A DNA stretch of 64,000 nt, from positions 24,177-88,176 of the forward strand of contig JAJDCA010000053.1 of the NCBI GenBank assembly GCA_029261055.1, in the 5' to 3' direction. This stretch comes from Candidatus Omnitrophota bacterium (GTDB lineage: Bacteria; Omnitrophota; Gorgyraeia; Zapsychrales; Zapsychraceae). The position numbers were made by a program, and so were the translations under genes. Every line of letters starts with the position of its first letter. Positions within the stretch are counted from its first letter, which is position 1. Of this stretch, positions 9,090 through 18,630 are shown one piece after another. The notes beneath the pieces were generated by a model, which was not told the DNA's origin, did no database searches, and saw only the letters and a list, made by a program, of their open reading frames with translations.

Positions 9090-11198
9090 CTATGTCACCA
9101 CGTATGTTTTTCGCTTCTTAAACTCTTCTTTTTTGCCTTTATTCCATTGCTGTACAGGACGTAAATAGCCGACAACGCGTGAATAAATTTCACAGGCGCT
9201 CGTGCATTTCGGACAGGCAGGATGTTCGCCAGCTACATAGCCGCAATTAGGGCATACACTAAAGGTCGGCGTGATGGTAAAGTAGGGCAAATGATATTTT
9301 TCACAAATAAGGCGAATCAGCGACTTAAGGCCCTCCACATTATGAATTTTCTCCCCGACAAATCCATGTAAAACCGTACCTCCGGTGTAACGGGTTTGTA
9401 ATTCATCCTGAAGATCCAGGACCTCAAAAATGTCCTCGGAAAAATGAACAGGAAGATGTGTCGAGTTGGTGTAAAACGGATCTTTTCCTTCTTGCCATTC
9501 TTCTTCATTGGCAACAATCGTTTGCGGATACAAAGCTTTATCCATTTTGGCCAGCCGATACGAAACGCCCTCGGCAGGTGTTGCTTCGAGATTGTAAATA
9601 TTACCCGTGTCTTCTTGAAACCGCACAAGTACATCACGCATAAAATCTAAAACCCTTTTGGCAAAATCTTGCCCACGTTGTGAAGTAATATCCTCGCCGA
9701 AAAGATTCAGGCAAGATTCATTCATACCGACGAGTCCAATAGTAGCAAAATGATTTTTCCAATATTGATCAAACCGCTTTTTAATATTCCGTAAAAAGAA
9801 TTTCATGTACGGATACAAATTGCCGGCGGTAAATTTTTCTAATACTTTCCGTTTGATCTCAAGACTCTCCTTGGCGGATTCCATATGATGTTCTAATTTT
9901 TTAAAATAATCTTCTTCATTCTGCGAACAATATCCAAGCCGTGCCATATTGATCGTCACGACGCCAATCGACCCTGTTAACGGGGAGGCTCCAAACAATC
10001 CTCCTCCTCGACTACGCAACTCTCGATTATCTAATCGTAGACGACAACACATGCTGCGCGCATCCTCCGGATGCATATCGGAATTAACAAAATTTGAAAA
10101 ATACGGAATGCCATATTTAGCCGTCATTTCCCAAAGGCCTTTTAAATCCGGATTATCCCAATCAAAATCTTTTGTAATATTGTACGTCGGGATGGGAAAT
10201 GTAAATACACGGCCTTTAGCATCTCCTTCACACATCACCTCCATAAAAGCTTTATTCAACATATTCATTTCATGTTGAAACTCTTTGTATGTTTCCGTTT
10301 GTACTTTGCCCCCAATAATCACACCTTGATCGGCATAATAAGACGGCGGCATTAAATCTAATGTAATATTTGTAAACGGTGTTTGAAAACCAACTCTCGT
10401 CGGTACATTGACATTAAACACGAATTCTTGCAAAGCCTGTTTTAAATTTTTGTAACTCAATCCATCCCGCCGAATAAATGGCGCCAAAAGCGTATCAAAA
10501 TTGGCAAAGGCCTGCGCACCGGATGCCTCACCCTGCAGCGTGTAGAAAAAATTCACCACTTGCCCCAAGGCACTCCGAAAATGTTTGGCCGGTCCTGATT
10601 CCATTTTACCAACAGCGCCCTGAAAACCATTCGTCAAAAGATCATACAAATCCCATCCCACGCAATACACGCTGATCAATCCCAAATCATGAATATGATA
10701 TTCCCCGTTGTGATGACCTTCCCGTATGTGCGGCGGATAAATTTTATTCAACCAATAATTTTTGCTAATCTCCGAAGAGATGTACTGATTCAAACCCTGC
10801 AAAGAAAAAGCCATATTACTATTTTCATTCACTTTCCAATCCGTTTTATCTAAATATTGATCCACAAGATCCACATGACTTTTGGATGTGATTTCGCGAA
10901 TACGTGCATGCTGATCACGATAAATAATGTACGCCTTAGCCGTATTTTTGTACGGTGACGACAATAAAACTTCTTCAACAATATCTTGAATATCTTCTAC
11001 GGAAGGACAGCTGTTAACAAATAACTGCTGTGCAAGATTAAGAACATTGAGCGTAATTTTACGCGCGATGACAGATGAAAACTCTCCTGTAGCTTCCCCG
11101 GATTTTTGAAGAGCATAGGTAATTTTTTGCGGATTAAAAATTTCTTTTTCACCATTGCGTTTGACAATCTCTGTAAGAATCCCGGTTGTATTCATCAT
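9090..11198 (-). CDS. nrdD: Anaerobic ribonucleoside-triphosphate reductase (class III, glycyl radical enzyme).
   Basis: The 702-aa ORF has an ATP-cone-like N-terminus. The C-terminus has a Zn-ribbon (CPNCGY...CPKC) and the glycyl-radical region (RVVGYLRP). nrdG follows it. Confidence 0.9.
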   Translation of the reverse strand: MMNTTGILTEIVKRNGEKEIFNPQKITYALQKSGEATGEFSSVIARKITLNVLNLAQQLFVNSCPSVEDIQDIVEEVLLSSPYKNTAKAYIIYRDQHARIREITSKSHVDLVDQYLDKTDWKVNENSNMAFSLQGLNQYISSEISKNYWLNKIYPPHIREGHHNGEYHIHDLGLISVYCVGWDLYDLLTNGFQGAVGKMESGPAKHFRSALGQVVNFFYTLQGEASGAQAFANFDTLLAPFIRRDGLSYKNLKQALQEFVFNVNVPTRVGFQTPFTNITLDLMPPSYYADQGVIIGGKVQTETYKEFQHEMNMLNKAFMEVMCEGDAKGRVFTFPIPTYNITKDFDWDNPDLKGLWEMTAKYGIPYFSNFVNSDMHPEDARSMCCRLRLDNRELRSRGGGLFGASPLTGSIGVVTINMARLGYCSQNEEDYFKKLEHHMESAKESLEIKRKVLEKFTAGNLYPYMKFFLRNIKKRFDQYWKNHFATIGLVGMNESCLNLFGEDITSQRGQDFAKRVLDFMRDVLVRFQEDTGNIYNLEATPAEGVSYRLAKMDKALYPQTIVANEEEWQEGKDPFYTNSTHLPVHFSEDIFEVLDLQDELQTRYTGGTVLHGFVGEKIHNVEGLKSLIRLICEKYHLPYFTITPTFSVCPNCGYVAGEHPACPKCTSACEIYSRVVGYLRPVQQWNKGKKEEFKKRKTYVVT

Positions 11199-11251
11199 GC
11201 CTCCTTGGTAAAAATAAAAAATATTTTTAAAAGACCTGATCCAATTATAGG

Positions 11252-11297
11252 CACAATATGTTGCGTGTCAATAATAAAGAGACGCAATATGTGGGAT
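11252..11297. promoter_or_regulatory. Two NrdR-box-like direct repeats, AC(A/G)CAATATGT(T/G)G, about 30 bp apart, upstream of nrdD.
   Basis: cacaatatgttgcgtg (about 11252) and acgcaatatgtgggat (about 11282) sit 55-100 nt upstream of the nrdD start. Each matches about 11 of 16 positions of the acaCwAtATaTwGtgt NrdR-box consensus as I remember it. Confidence 0.4.
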
Positions 11298-11335
11298 TAT
11301 TGGCGATTACATTACATCACAATAAGAACACTTCA

Positions 11336-11656
11336 TCATTTTTGTTTTTTCACAGAATCATCCATCCACTTCAAATAATCCTTATTCCCCGCCACAATAG
11401 GCAAGGCGATAATTTCAGGAACGGCGTAACTGTGGAGGGTCTTGACGGTTTTGATAAGTTTGGAAAGGCAGGATTTTTTGGTTTTACAAATCAAAAGAAC
11501 TTCATTGGCCTGATCGACCTTACCTTGCCACCAAAAGACAGATTTGACACCATCTACAATGTTAGCGCAGGCAATGAGCTTTTCTTCAATCAACTTTTTA
11601 ACAATTTTATTTGCTTCGCGTTTGTTTTTTGTGGTGATGAATGTAACGAGATGCAT
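11336..11656 (-). CDS. cutA: Divalent-cation tolerance protein CutA.
   Basis: The 106-aa ORF reads ...KLIACANIVDGVKSVFWWQGKVDQANEVLLICKT..., the typical CutA1 fold signature. Confidence 0.8.
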   Translation of the reverse strand: MHLVTFITTKNKREANKIVKKLIEEKLIACANIVDGVKSVFWWQGKVDQANEVLLICKTKKSCLSKLIKTVKTLHSYAVPEIIALPIVAGNKDYLKWMDDSVKKQK

Positions 11657-11775
11657 ATCCGCTCCTCTGTAGATAAAGAAGCAAGAAGCATAGGTACAAG
11701 AGGCAAAGATTTTTACATCTTTACATCTTACTTCTCTACTTCTTGCTTCTCTACTTCTTGCTTCTCCTTTAACAT
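11657..11775. repeat. Purine-arm/pyrimidine-arm inverted-repeat element, copy E1.
   Basis: gataaagaagcaagaagcataggtacaagaggcaaagat is followed by the complementary arm ttacttctctacttcttgcttctctacttcttgcttctcc. It belongs to the same family as E2-E6. Confidence 0.7.
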
Positions 11776-12390
11776 GATGACAGAAACCATCCGCCCTGCT
11801 TTTGCGCCTTGACGGCGATAGGAAAAATAATCTTTATTGCAGCAGGTACATTCCTCTGAATCAAATATATTTTCTTCTTTGACGCCTAACGATTTTAATT
11901 GATGCCTATTCACACGCATTAAGTCTAAAAAAAATTGTCCGGACAAATCCCGCCTTGTCTCTGCAGGAAAATATTCTTTAAATTCTTTCCCCACCTCATA
12001 ACAACACGGTCTAATCGCAGGGCCAAAGGCTATTTTTAAATCAGAGGGATCTGTATGAAAATACTTTTCCATCTCCTCAACGACTTTAAAAGCGATTTTT
12101 TTATGACTTCCCTGCCACCCTGCATGCACAAGGCCGATGGCTTTATTTTGAGGATCATAAAGAAAAATTGGTAAACAGTCTGCTGTGCGGATAGCTAAAG
12201 AAATATGCGGGACATTGGTTATCAAACCGTCAGCCTCTTCAGGTTCGATATGTGTTTGTGCTAGCTCTTTAGTAATACGAACAATTCTATTTCCGTGAAC
12301 CTGATGAAGAAAAACGCATGGATGATTTTCGTACGTTTTCCCAAAAAAGGTCATGACTTCTTTATCGGAAATGTGGTCAAATAACTTCAT
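11728..12390 (-). CDS. pgeF: YfiH/PgeF family purine nucleoside phosphorylase (laccase-domain protein). The C-terminal tail EKQEVEKQEVEK is translated from the E1 repeat.
   Basis: ...HQVHGNRIV..., ...RTADCLPIFLYD... and ...GLVHAGWQG... motifs are present. Confidence 0.75.
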   Translation of the reverse strand: MKLFDHISDKEVMTFFGKTYENHPCVFLHQVHGNRIVRITKELAQTHIEPEEADGLITNVPHISLAIRTADCLPIFLYDPQNKAIGLVHAGWQGSHKKIAFKVVEEMEKYFHTDPSDLKIAFGPAIRPCCYEVGKEFKEYFPAETRRDLSGQFFLDLMRVNRHQLKSLGVKEENIFDSEECTCCNKDYFSYRRQGAKAGRMVSVIMLKEKQEVEKQEVEK

Positions 12391-12480
12391 ATTACATGTA
12401 AAATGTACATAAAATAGGGATATGAGACACTTATTCTAGAGAAATAACATTAAAAAAGGGATTATAAATATTACAACTTA

Positions 12481-13713
12481 TCAATTTTCTACCAAAATCT
12501 CATCATCCCTTTCAATTGACGGTGTCTGATTACTAGCGGGTAATTCCTGCACTTTTTTTAACTTTTTCTCAATCGTACGCGATTTGCGAGCGGCTGTTTC
12601 GATGCTTTCGCTGGCTTGACGTAATTTGTCGTGGGTTTTTTCCAAAATCGTGCCGAACTTTCCGAATTCTGTTTTCACCACACTAAGCAAATTCCATACT
12701 TCACCTGCGCGTTTTTCAACCGCCAAAGTTCGAAATCCCATTTGCAAGCTATTTAACATAGCCGCAATCGTTGTTGGCCCCGCCACTGTGATACGATATT
12801 CTCTTTGCAAAAATTCACACAAACCTTTCCGACGCAGGACTTCGGCAAAAAGGCCCTCCGTTGGGAGATACAACACCCCAAAATCTGTCGTATGTGGAGG
12901 ATCAATGTATTTATCTCGAATCTTCCTGGCCTCTAGTTTAATCTTCGCCTCAATGGCCTTACCAGATTCCTCAATAACTGTAACATCCGCCTCATCCTGG
13001 GCTTGCATTAAACGCTCATAATCTTCTTTGGGAAACTTGGCGTCAATCGGCATAAGTACGCTTTGCCCATCCTTACCTGGAAACTTGATTGCAAACTCCA
13101 CCGGATCTCGACTACCTTTACCTTGTTTGGTCACCACATTAACTTCATACTGATCCGCCGTCAATATCTGCTCTAGCAGAGCCCCAAGTTGAATTTCTCC
13201 CCATGTCCCACGTGTTTTCACATTCGTCAAAACCTTTTTCAAATCTCCAACCCCTGAAGCCAAATTTTGCATTTCGCCAAGCCCTTCATGCACTTTTTCC
13301 AAACGTTCACTCACAATCTTAAACGATTCACCCAAACGCTTCTCTAATGTTTCATGCAACTTTTCATCGACAGTGGCACGCATCTGCTCTAACTTCCGAC
13401 TATTATCTTCTTGTAGAGATTGCATCTGCTTAGCCATTACTTCACGTAATTTTTCTAATTTCTCTTCATTCATTTGTGTTAATGAAAAAATTTGCTTAGA
13501 AAACGAATCTGTAGAAGAACGCAAACTTTCGCGCACTTCATCTCGATTTTTTGCGATATCTTCACGCACAATCCGCTCTGTGCGTTCTTGATTTTTTTGA
13601 ATGGATTCAAATGAACCGGACAATTGCGACACCACATTGTCCGTGCGACGTAATAAAAGAATAGCCACCAAAATAATATTAAGAATTGTAAGGATTATTA
13701 ATACATAAATCAT
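12481..13713 (-). CDS. rmuC: DNA recombination protein RmuC.
   Basis: It has an N-terminal TM helix and a long coiled coil. The C-terminal RmuC domain reads ...GTWGEIQLGALLEQ..., ...VLYLPTEGLFAEVLRR.... Confidence 0.8.
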   Translation of the reverse strand: MIYVLIILTILNIILVAILLLRRTDNVVSQLSGSFESIQKNQERTERIVREDIAKNRDEVRESLRSSTDSFSKQIFSLTQMNEEKLEKLREVMAKQMQSLQEDNSRKLEQMRATVDEKLHETLEKRLGESFKIVSERLEKVHEGLGEMQNLASGVGDLKKVLTNVKTRGTWGEIQLGALLEQILTADQYEVNVVTKQGKGSRDPVEFAIKFPGKDGQSVLMPIDAKFPKEDYERLMQAQDEADVTVIEESGKAIEAKIKLEARKIRDKYIDPPHTTDFGVLYLPTEGLFAEVLRRKGLCEFLQREYRITVAGPTTIAAMLNSLQMGFRTLAVEKRAGEVWNLLSVVKTEFGKFGTILEKTHDKLRQASESIETAARKSRTIEKKLKKVQELPASNQTPSIERDDEILVEN

Positions 13714-13780
13714 ATGATCTCCTAATTGATATCACCCATATTACACAATATTCAAAATTTAATCAATTTTTTAAAACGCC

Positions 13781-13905
13781 GCATAATGGGCATAATAAAT
13801 TATGCCCCTACAGACGACCATCGTACGGGCATGATTCATCATGCCCATGCAAACAACCCGCGCCCTCGTACGGGCATGATTTATCATGCCCTTATTATTA
13901 CAATA
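13781..13905. repeat. REP-like palindromic element, copy R2.
   Basis: gggcataataaattatgcccc - tacagacgaccatcgtac - gggcatgattcatcatgccc - atgcaaacaacccgcgccctcgtac - gggcatgatttatcatgccc. Confidence 0.75.
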
Positions 13906-14545
13906 CATTTAAAGGACATCTTTCACAGCGGGGTGTAGGCTTGCAAAAATTTTTTCCGATACGAACGATCAAGGCATGATACTCATTAAACATCTGTCTA
14001 TCTTTAGGCAAAGCATCCATAAAAATTTTTTGTATCGTATGATAATCTATCTTACCATCAATAATACCATGCCTCTCCAAAATACGCTTGGTGTAAGCAT
14101 CGACGACAAATACCGTTTTATCAAAAGCGTAAAGTAAAATAGAATCCGCTGTTTCCGGACCAATACCATTAACTTCAAGTAACTTATGACGGAGTAATTG
14201 ACACTCTTCTTTCCCCATTTTATTTAACCGCCCACCATACGCCTCAAACAAAAAATGGACAAAATTTTTAATACGCCTGGCTTTTACATTAAAATAACCC
14301 GCCGACTGGATATGCCCCGCTAATTGCTTTTCTGTAATATCTTTCATTGCCTGGGGCGTTAACACATGATTACGCTTTAAATTTTTAATAGCCTTCTCGA
14401 CATTACCCCAATTTGTATTCTGTGTCAGAATGGCCCCAATAATAATTTCAAAACGTGTCTGCCCGGGCCACCAATATTGAGGGCCGAAATGACCATATAG
14501 AATACGGTAAATTTCCTTCAAAATTTTTGTGTTGGATTGTGACAT
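13898..14545 (-). CDS. Endonuclease III-family (HhH-GPD) DNA glycosylase with a C-terminal 4Fe-4S cluster loop. The start is trimmed to the internal ATG (MSQSNTK...).
   Basis: ...LEVNGIGPETADSILLYAF... helix-hairpin-helix and a C-terminal CKPTPRCERCPL motif. The track start at 14611 runs through the terminator hairpin, so it is implausible. Confidence 0.7.
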   Translation of the reverse strand: MSQSNTKILKEIYRILYGHFGPQYWWPGQTRFEIIIGAILTQNTNWGNVEKAIKNLKRNHVLTPQAMKDITEKQLAGHIQSAGYFNVKARRIKNFVHFLFEAYGGRLNKMGKEECQLLRHKLLEVNGIGPETADSILLYAFDKTVFVVDAYTKRILERHGIIDGKIDYHTIQKIFMDALPKDRQMFNEYHALIVRIGKNFCKPTPRCERCPLNVL

Positions 14546-14557
14546 TCTAATAAAAAA

Positions 14558-14612
14558 GGTGACAGCCACTTTTTTGCCATGGCGTTTAGTTTTCAAAAAA
14601 GTGGCTGTCACC
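14558..14612 (-). terminator. Rho-independent terminator ending the gsp operon.
   Basis: It is a perfect 18-bp inverted repeat, ggtgacagccactttttt ... aaaaaagtggctgtcacc. On the minus strand the hairpin is followed by uuuuuuauu, 6 nt after the gspM stop. Confidence 0.75.
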
Positions 14613-14617
14613 TTTTT

Positions 14618-15145
14618 TTACGGGATCAATACCCTGCTTAAAACCAAATGAATATTAAGAAGAGAATTTCTTTGGGATTTTTTATCAAGGCGAAGCTCAT
14701 CAACGCGGAAAAAATAAGGAGTATTTTGTAAGAGGTACAAAAAATGGGTGAGCTGCTCTATACGCCCTTCCAATTTAAGGCTAATAGAAAAAACTTTAAA
14801 AAATTCCTCTTCAGCCACCTTTTGAGGTTTCATTTCAGAAAAACGCAAATTCATCCGCTTAGTGATAGCTTCCACATCCGCAATAATGGCTGACATTTCT
14901 TTTTCATCCGAACCTTTCTGCCCAAAGGTATCGACTATTTCATTATATTGCTGCGTGACATGCTTATTTCGCTTAATGGTATTGAGATTTTTCTGCAAAC
15001 GCCTCTTTTGGGATTCCAATTTTTGAGTAACATCTTTAGACTTTTCCAAAAAAGGCGTCAAAAAACCTCGTTGTAGTAAGAAAAATAGAATCAGACTACC
15101 AAAAATAAAAAAAATCTGTTTTTCTCGTGTTTGTAATTTTAACAT
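14618..15145 (-). CDS. gspM: T2SS GspM / PilO-like inner-membrane component.
   Basis: The 175-aa ORF has a single N-terminal TM helix (IFFIFGSLILFFLL), a coiled coil and a periplasmic domain. It is the last gene after gspL in canonical order. Confidence 0.55.
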   Translation of the reverse strand: MLKLQTREKQIFFIFGSLILFFLLQRGFLTPFLEKSKDVTQKLESQKRRLQKNLNTIKRNKHVTQQYNEIVDTFGQKGSDEKEMSAIIADVEAITKRMNLRFSEMKPQKVAEEEFFKVFSISLKLEGRIEQLTHFLYLLQNTPYFFRVDELRLDKKSQRNSLLNIHLVLSRVLIP

Positions 15146-15158
15146 TTAAATTTCCTGA

Positions 15159-16607
15159 TCACTGATCACTTTTTAAGTCCTTACTCATCTCACACATCAT
15201 CTTAAAATTCGTTATTTCCCCTCGAATACTCTTGCGTTTTTTGGCATACTGCAATCTGACATTATAAAACATCAAGGAGGACACTATATTTGCCTGGAGG
15301 CTATTGACTAAAGAACCATCCTTGGATACCCCCTCCAATGTCAAAACCCCTTTGCTATCAATTTTTAAAGAGTCATAGGCAATGCCATTAGGCGTCACCT
15401 CATGCAACTCCACAATATAATCGGGAAGAAAAAACTGACTATTCAATTCTTCATTTAAAATACGCACCTGACGTATTTTGTCCTGAAAATCTTTTACTTT
15501 TGGCTTAATTTGATTCAAACGTCCATTAACCTCTTTAAGCTCCCGCCTATTTTGAAAACCATCAAACCCTAGTACTAAAATACTCAATACCGCAGCAACA
15601 AAAAAAAGGACTCCGGTTTTTATCCATTGACGCTTTTTTTGTTTCTTCTCTCGAGAGTCAACAACCTCCACAGGCAAAAGACTTAAAAAATTTTGAAAAT
15701 CAGAAAAAAGCAAACCTGTGATAACAGATAAACTTACTTTATGTTTCTTCCAAGCCTCCGCTGCGCTGATCGTTTTTTCACATGGAAAACCCTCCAAACA
15801 AGGAATCACATAGATAGGAATATCTGATCGACTTCTTAATTTTTCAATAAGCTGATCTGTCTCCTGAGCATCTCCAATAATCAAAACCTCAGATATCTCT
15901 TCACCCATTTTCTCTTTACGATATGTAGCCAAGGTCAAACTCAATTGCTCTACCAATGTATCCACATTGGCTGCCCCTAAATCGCTAAGCCCAACATTAA
16001 CTTCACGAGAAAATAACAATTCTTTTTGCCGACAAAAACATATTTCCGTACTATGCGTATCAATATTCATAATCACTGACGGAAAAGAACTCCCTTCTTG
16101 CCTTTTATTTTTTTGATAAATATACCAATGGTTAAGACCAAGAGAACTCAATGTTAAACTGTAATGCTGAATACCTGCCCGACGAAAAATACCTACATAA
16201 CGGTCAACTACACTTTTTTGTACAACAACAGCTAATACCTTGGCATACCCTGAAGAATTTTTCTCTAAAAGAATATAATCAAAAACAATTTCTTCTTTAG
16301 CATAAGGCACCTTATGGCTAATTTGCAAACTAAGCATTTGACGTATTTCTTCGTCAAATTGAGTCGGCAATTGAAAATGCAAAAGTGTGGCATCCCGCCG
16401 AGAAATAACAGCCGTAAGACCATCTAAATGAACCTTAGCACTGCTTGCCATTTTTGACACCAACTTAGCTATTTCTGCTTCGGCTAAATTTTGATGCGGC
16501 GCAATACGGCAACATGTTATTATGGGAGTACCACGAGCAGACATCACTTGCATTAATTTGACATGCGTGTCTGTAATTTCGATAGCAGTGGATGTATTCT
16601 TTTTCAT
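15159..16607 (-). CDS. gspL: T2SS GspL-like assembly platform protein with PilM-PilN-type architecture. The start is trimmed to MKKNTSTAIEI....
   Basis: It has a cytoplasmic actin-like (PilM-type) domain of about 330 aa, a TM helix (GVLFFVAAVLSILVLGF) and a periplasmic coiled-coil domain. It sits between gspK and gspM. Confidence 0.6.
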   Translation of the reverse strand: MKKNTSTAIEITDTHVKLMQVMSARGTPIITCCRIAPHQNLAEAEIAKLVSKMASSAKVHLDGLTAVISRRDATLLHFQLPTQFDEEIRQMLSLQISHKVPYAKEEIVFDYILLEKNSSGYAKVLAVVVQKSVVDRYVGIFRRAGIQHYSLTLSSLGLNHWYIYQKNKRQEGSSFPSVIMNIDTHSTEICFCRQKELLFSREVNVGLSDLGAANVDTLVEQLSLTLATYRKEKMGEEISEVLIIGDAQETDQLIEKLRSRSDIPIYVIPCLEGFPCEKTISAAEAWKKHKVSLSVITGLLFSDFQNFLSLLPVEVVDSREKKQKKRQWIKTGVLFFVAAVLSILVLGFDGFQNRRELKEVNGRLNQIKPKVKDFQDKIRQVRILNEELNSQFFLPDYIVELHEVTPNGIAYDSLKIDSKGVLTLEGVSKDGSLVNSLQANIVSSLMFYNVRLQYAKKRKSIRGEITNFKMMCEMSKDLKSDQ

Positions 16608-16765
16608 AAATAATAAAAAGACACAAGAAACAAGATGCAAAAAGCAAGAAACAAACAAATTTCAAATGACTGTGGCTGTTAATTTGTTTAATTCTTGAAT
16701 ATTAAAATTAGAGTATTACTTATATCTTGTATCTTGCTTCTTGTTTCTTGCTTCTTTACTTAATA
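16598..16765. repeat. Purine-arm/pyrimidine-arm element, copy E2.
   Basis: aaaagacacaagaaacaagatgcaaaaagcaagaaacaaacaaat ... about 60 nt ... cttatatcttgtatcttgcttcttgtttcttgcttctttactt. Confidence 0.7.
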
Positions 16766-17863
16766 CCTTCTCCAACCAACAATGGAAAGCTGATCACGAA
16801 AAATTACGGCTTCCATATTTGATACAACGTTTGATTTCTTATCTTTTGCTTTTATATGGATATTTAAATATTTTGAAAGCGTGGTTAAATGAATTTTCAT
16901 AGCCTGAAAAATAGCCCATTCACTTTTAATCAGTAATGACTCATTCATAATATCATACCGGTCATCTTCTGTCATAATTTGGCCATCTTCTCCTGCACGG
17001 TGCGCCAAAATTTTCACACCCAAACTATCCGCATCTCCTTCTTCAGCAAGCCCTTTACCTATACTATAATATCTCGCTAAAGCCATGAGAACCTCCTCCG
17101 AGGCTGTATTAATATTCACTACAAGTTGTGGCGCATCCTTTGGAAAAACCGTAACAAAATTTTTTATTTTACTGTAAATTTCAGACGTCATCCCTCGCAC
17201 TAACAAAAGCTCTTGAATACTGTCAAAAGGAAGATTCTTGCAATGGTACGGTTGGCTTAAATGGCTATAATAATCATCTTCAGCCCCTAAAACCTCTGTA
17301 AAAGAACCCACGGCTCCTAGATCTGCATCATGCCAATCGGCTACAGAGGCAGCAATAATCTGCGCCGTCTCCTCTTCTTCGACCCCTAAAATCGTAAGAA
17401 GATGTTGCAAAATTCCGTAATTATCCTTGGTTATGGCATTTAAATTGATTTTCCGGTCTTCATCGGTAAAACCGTAAACCATTTTAAATGACTCATTTTC
17501 CGGATCGACAACAGAATGAGCAATTTCAAAACCACCATCCCCGACAGAAACATCCTTAAACATTTCCTCGGAAGATTTTCCTTCCTCTAAAGTAAAACCA
17601 CATTGACCTAATGTATCAAACGTCTTTCCAAGATCATCCTTATTATCTTTTTCAATCTGCTTAATGGCATACATCAAGCCTGCCCAAGCGACATATCTAG
17701 ATTTAAGCTTACCGATGTAATGTTTGGTCAAACTCAATTCCACTTTGGATTTACGTCCTAAGCCAATAGCCAACACGGCCAAGATCATCAGAATCCACAA
17801 AACGACAATAAGTACTATACCAGAATTATTATTCGATTTAATGGATAATTTTGTAAAGTTCAA
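16760..17863 (-). CDS. gspK: T2SS minor pseudopilin GspK.
   Basis: The N-terminus SGIVLIVVLWILMILAVLAIGL is GspK-like. The large periplasmic domain is about 330 aa. Its position follows gspJ. Confidence 0.65.
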   Translation of the reverse strand: MNFTKLSIKSNNNSGIVLIVVLWILMILAVLAIGLGRKSKVELSLTKHYIGKLKSRYVAWAGLMYAIKQIEKDNKDDLGKTFDTLGQCGFTLEEGKSSEEMFKDVSVGDGGFEIAHSVVDPENESFKMVYGFTDEDRKINLNAITKDNYGILQHLLTILGVEEEETAQIIAASVADWHDADLGAVGSFTEVLGAEDDYYSHLSQPYHCKNLPFDSIQELLLVRGMTSEIYSKIKNFVTVFPKDAPQLVVNINTASEEVLMALARYYSIGKGLAEEGDADSLGVKILAHRAGEDGQIMTEDDRYDIMNESLLIKSEWAIFQAMKIHLTTLSKYLNIHIKAKDKKSNVVSNMEAVIFRDQLSIVGWRRY

Positions 17864-18630
17864 AACTCTTCCTCCCCCAACGAACCTGTAGGTATAAGAA
17901 TATCTCGCGTTAAAACCAAATCATCATGGTCAGGGTTATCTTTCAAGAATGTCATTTCCACACGAATCCCAAATGGAAGATGCTCGTATTCCCATTCATC
18001 TTTCCATTTTATTTCCGGATTATCTTTATCTCCGGCTTGGTGCGCATAAAAAAACTTAAGACCATTCTTTTTAACACGAATACTTAATATCTCAGCCTCC
18101 TCCTTCTTTCGTGATGAAGACTCTAAAGACTCAACAAAAGACATTTCCTCTCTCAAAAGAAACTTTGCATCCGAAGTCGTTTCTGAACGGACAACAATAG
18201 ACCCCATCCGTGATGAACGACTACCGACTACTGTTTTATGAATGCTCCCAAAATCAGGTTTTCCTAAATGATACCGCACCACCCTCAAACCGTTTTCTTC
18301 TGCCACAATAAATGTAATTTCTTCATCATCCCCTTCGAAAGCTTTTTTATCCTCATACGAATCAACAAAATTATAAAACACCATTTTTTCTAAATCTTGC
18401 CCAATCCGCTCCATAGCCCAACGCGCTTCACGATAAAGGCTATTGCTTTGTTCAGCCCTTTGATTAATTTTAATTCCATGCCAAAGCGTACTGTACAAAC
18501 TTGTGGCAATAACGGTAAAAATAGCCAAACCAAGCAATAATTCTAAAAGAGTAAAAGCTTTTTCAGAAGACGCAATAAATCGAGTCTTTACGTACAGACG
18601 CCATTTATGGCGTCTCCATAAAAAGATCAT
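17860..18630 (-). CDS. gspJ: T2SS minor pseudopilin GspJ.
   Basis: It has a prepilin N-terminal cleavage/methylation motif KAFTLLELLLGLAIFTVIA. Confidence 0.55.
   Translation of the reverse strand: MIFLWRRHKWRLYVKTRFIASSEKAFTLLELLLGLAIFTVIATSLYSTLWHGIKINQRAEQSNSLYREARWAMERIGQDLEKMVFYNFVDSYEDKKAFEGDDEEITFIVAEENGLRVVRYHLGKPDFGSIHKTVVGSRSSRMGSIVVRSETTSDAKFLLREEMSFVESLESSSRKKEEAEILSIRVKKNGLKFFYAHQAGDKDNPEIKWKDEWEYEHLPFGIRVEMTFLKDNPDHDDLVLTRDILIPTGSLGEEEF

Noticed and set aside
11258-11812. Plus-strand 184-aa ORF, and the many other plus-strand ORFs in the track (e.g. 1306..1695, 6987..7346, 31427..31954, 36655..37116, 51629..52075, 52459..52836).
   Set aside because: All are embedded antisense within well-supported minus-strand genes or run through repeat elements. 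They are low-complexity and lack recognisable domains. The window is uniformly minus-strand coding.
13726-13938. Plus-strand 70-aa ORF (…HRTGMIHHAHANNPRPRTGMIYHAL…).
   Set aside because: It is translated entirely from REP repeat units in the rmuC/nth spacer and has no RBS. It is an artefact of repeat periodicity.
15159-16658. Long N-terminal extensions in ORF-track calls for gspL, prfA, rpmE, coaE, glgA, polA, folD, trpG and nth.
   Set aside because: The extensions are hydrophobic or low-complexity peptides read from the repeat elements or terminator hairpins. Internal ATGs match the canonical N-termini, and several have a nearby Shine-Dalgarno sequence. I trimmed the starts accordingly.
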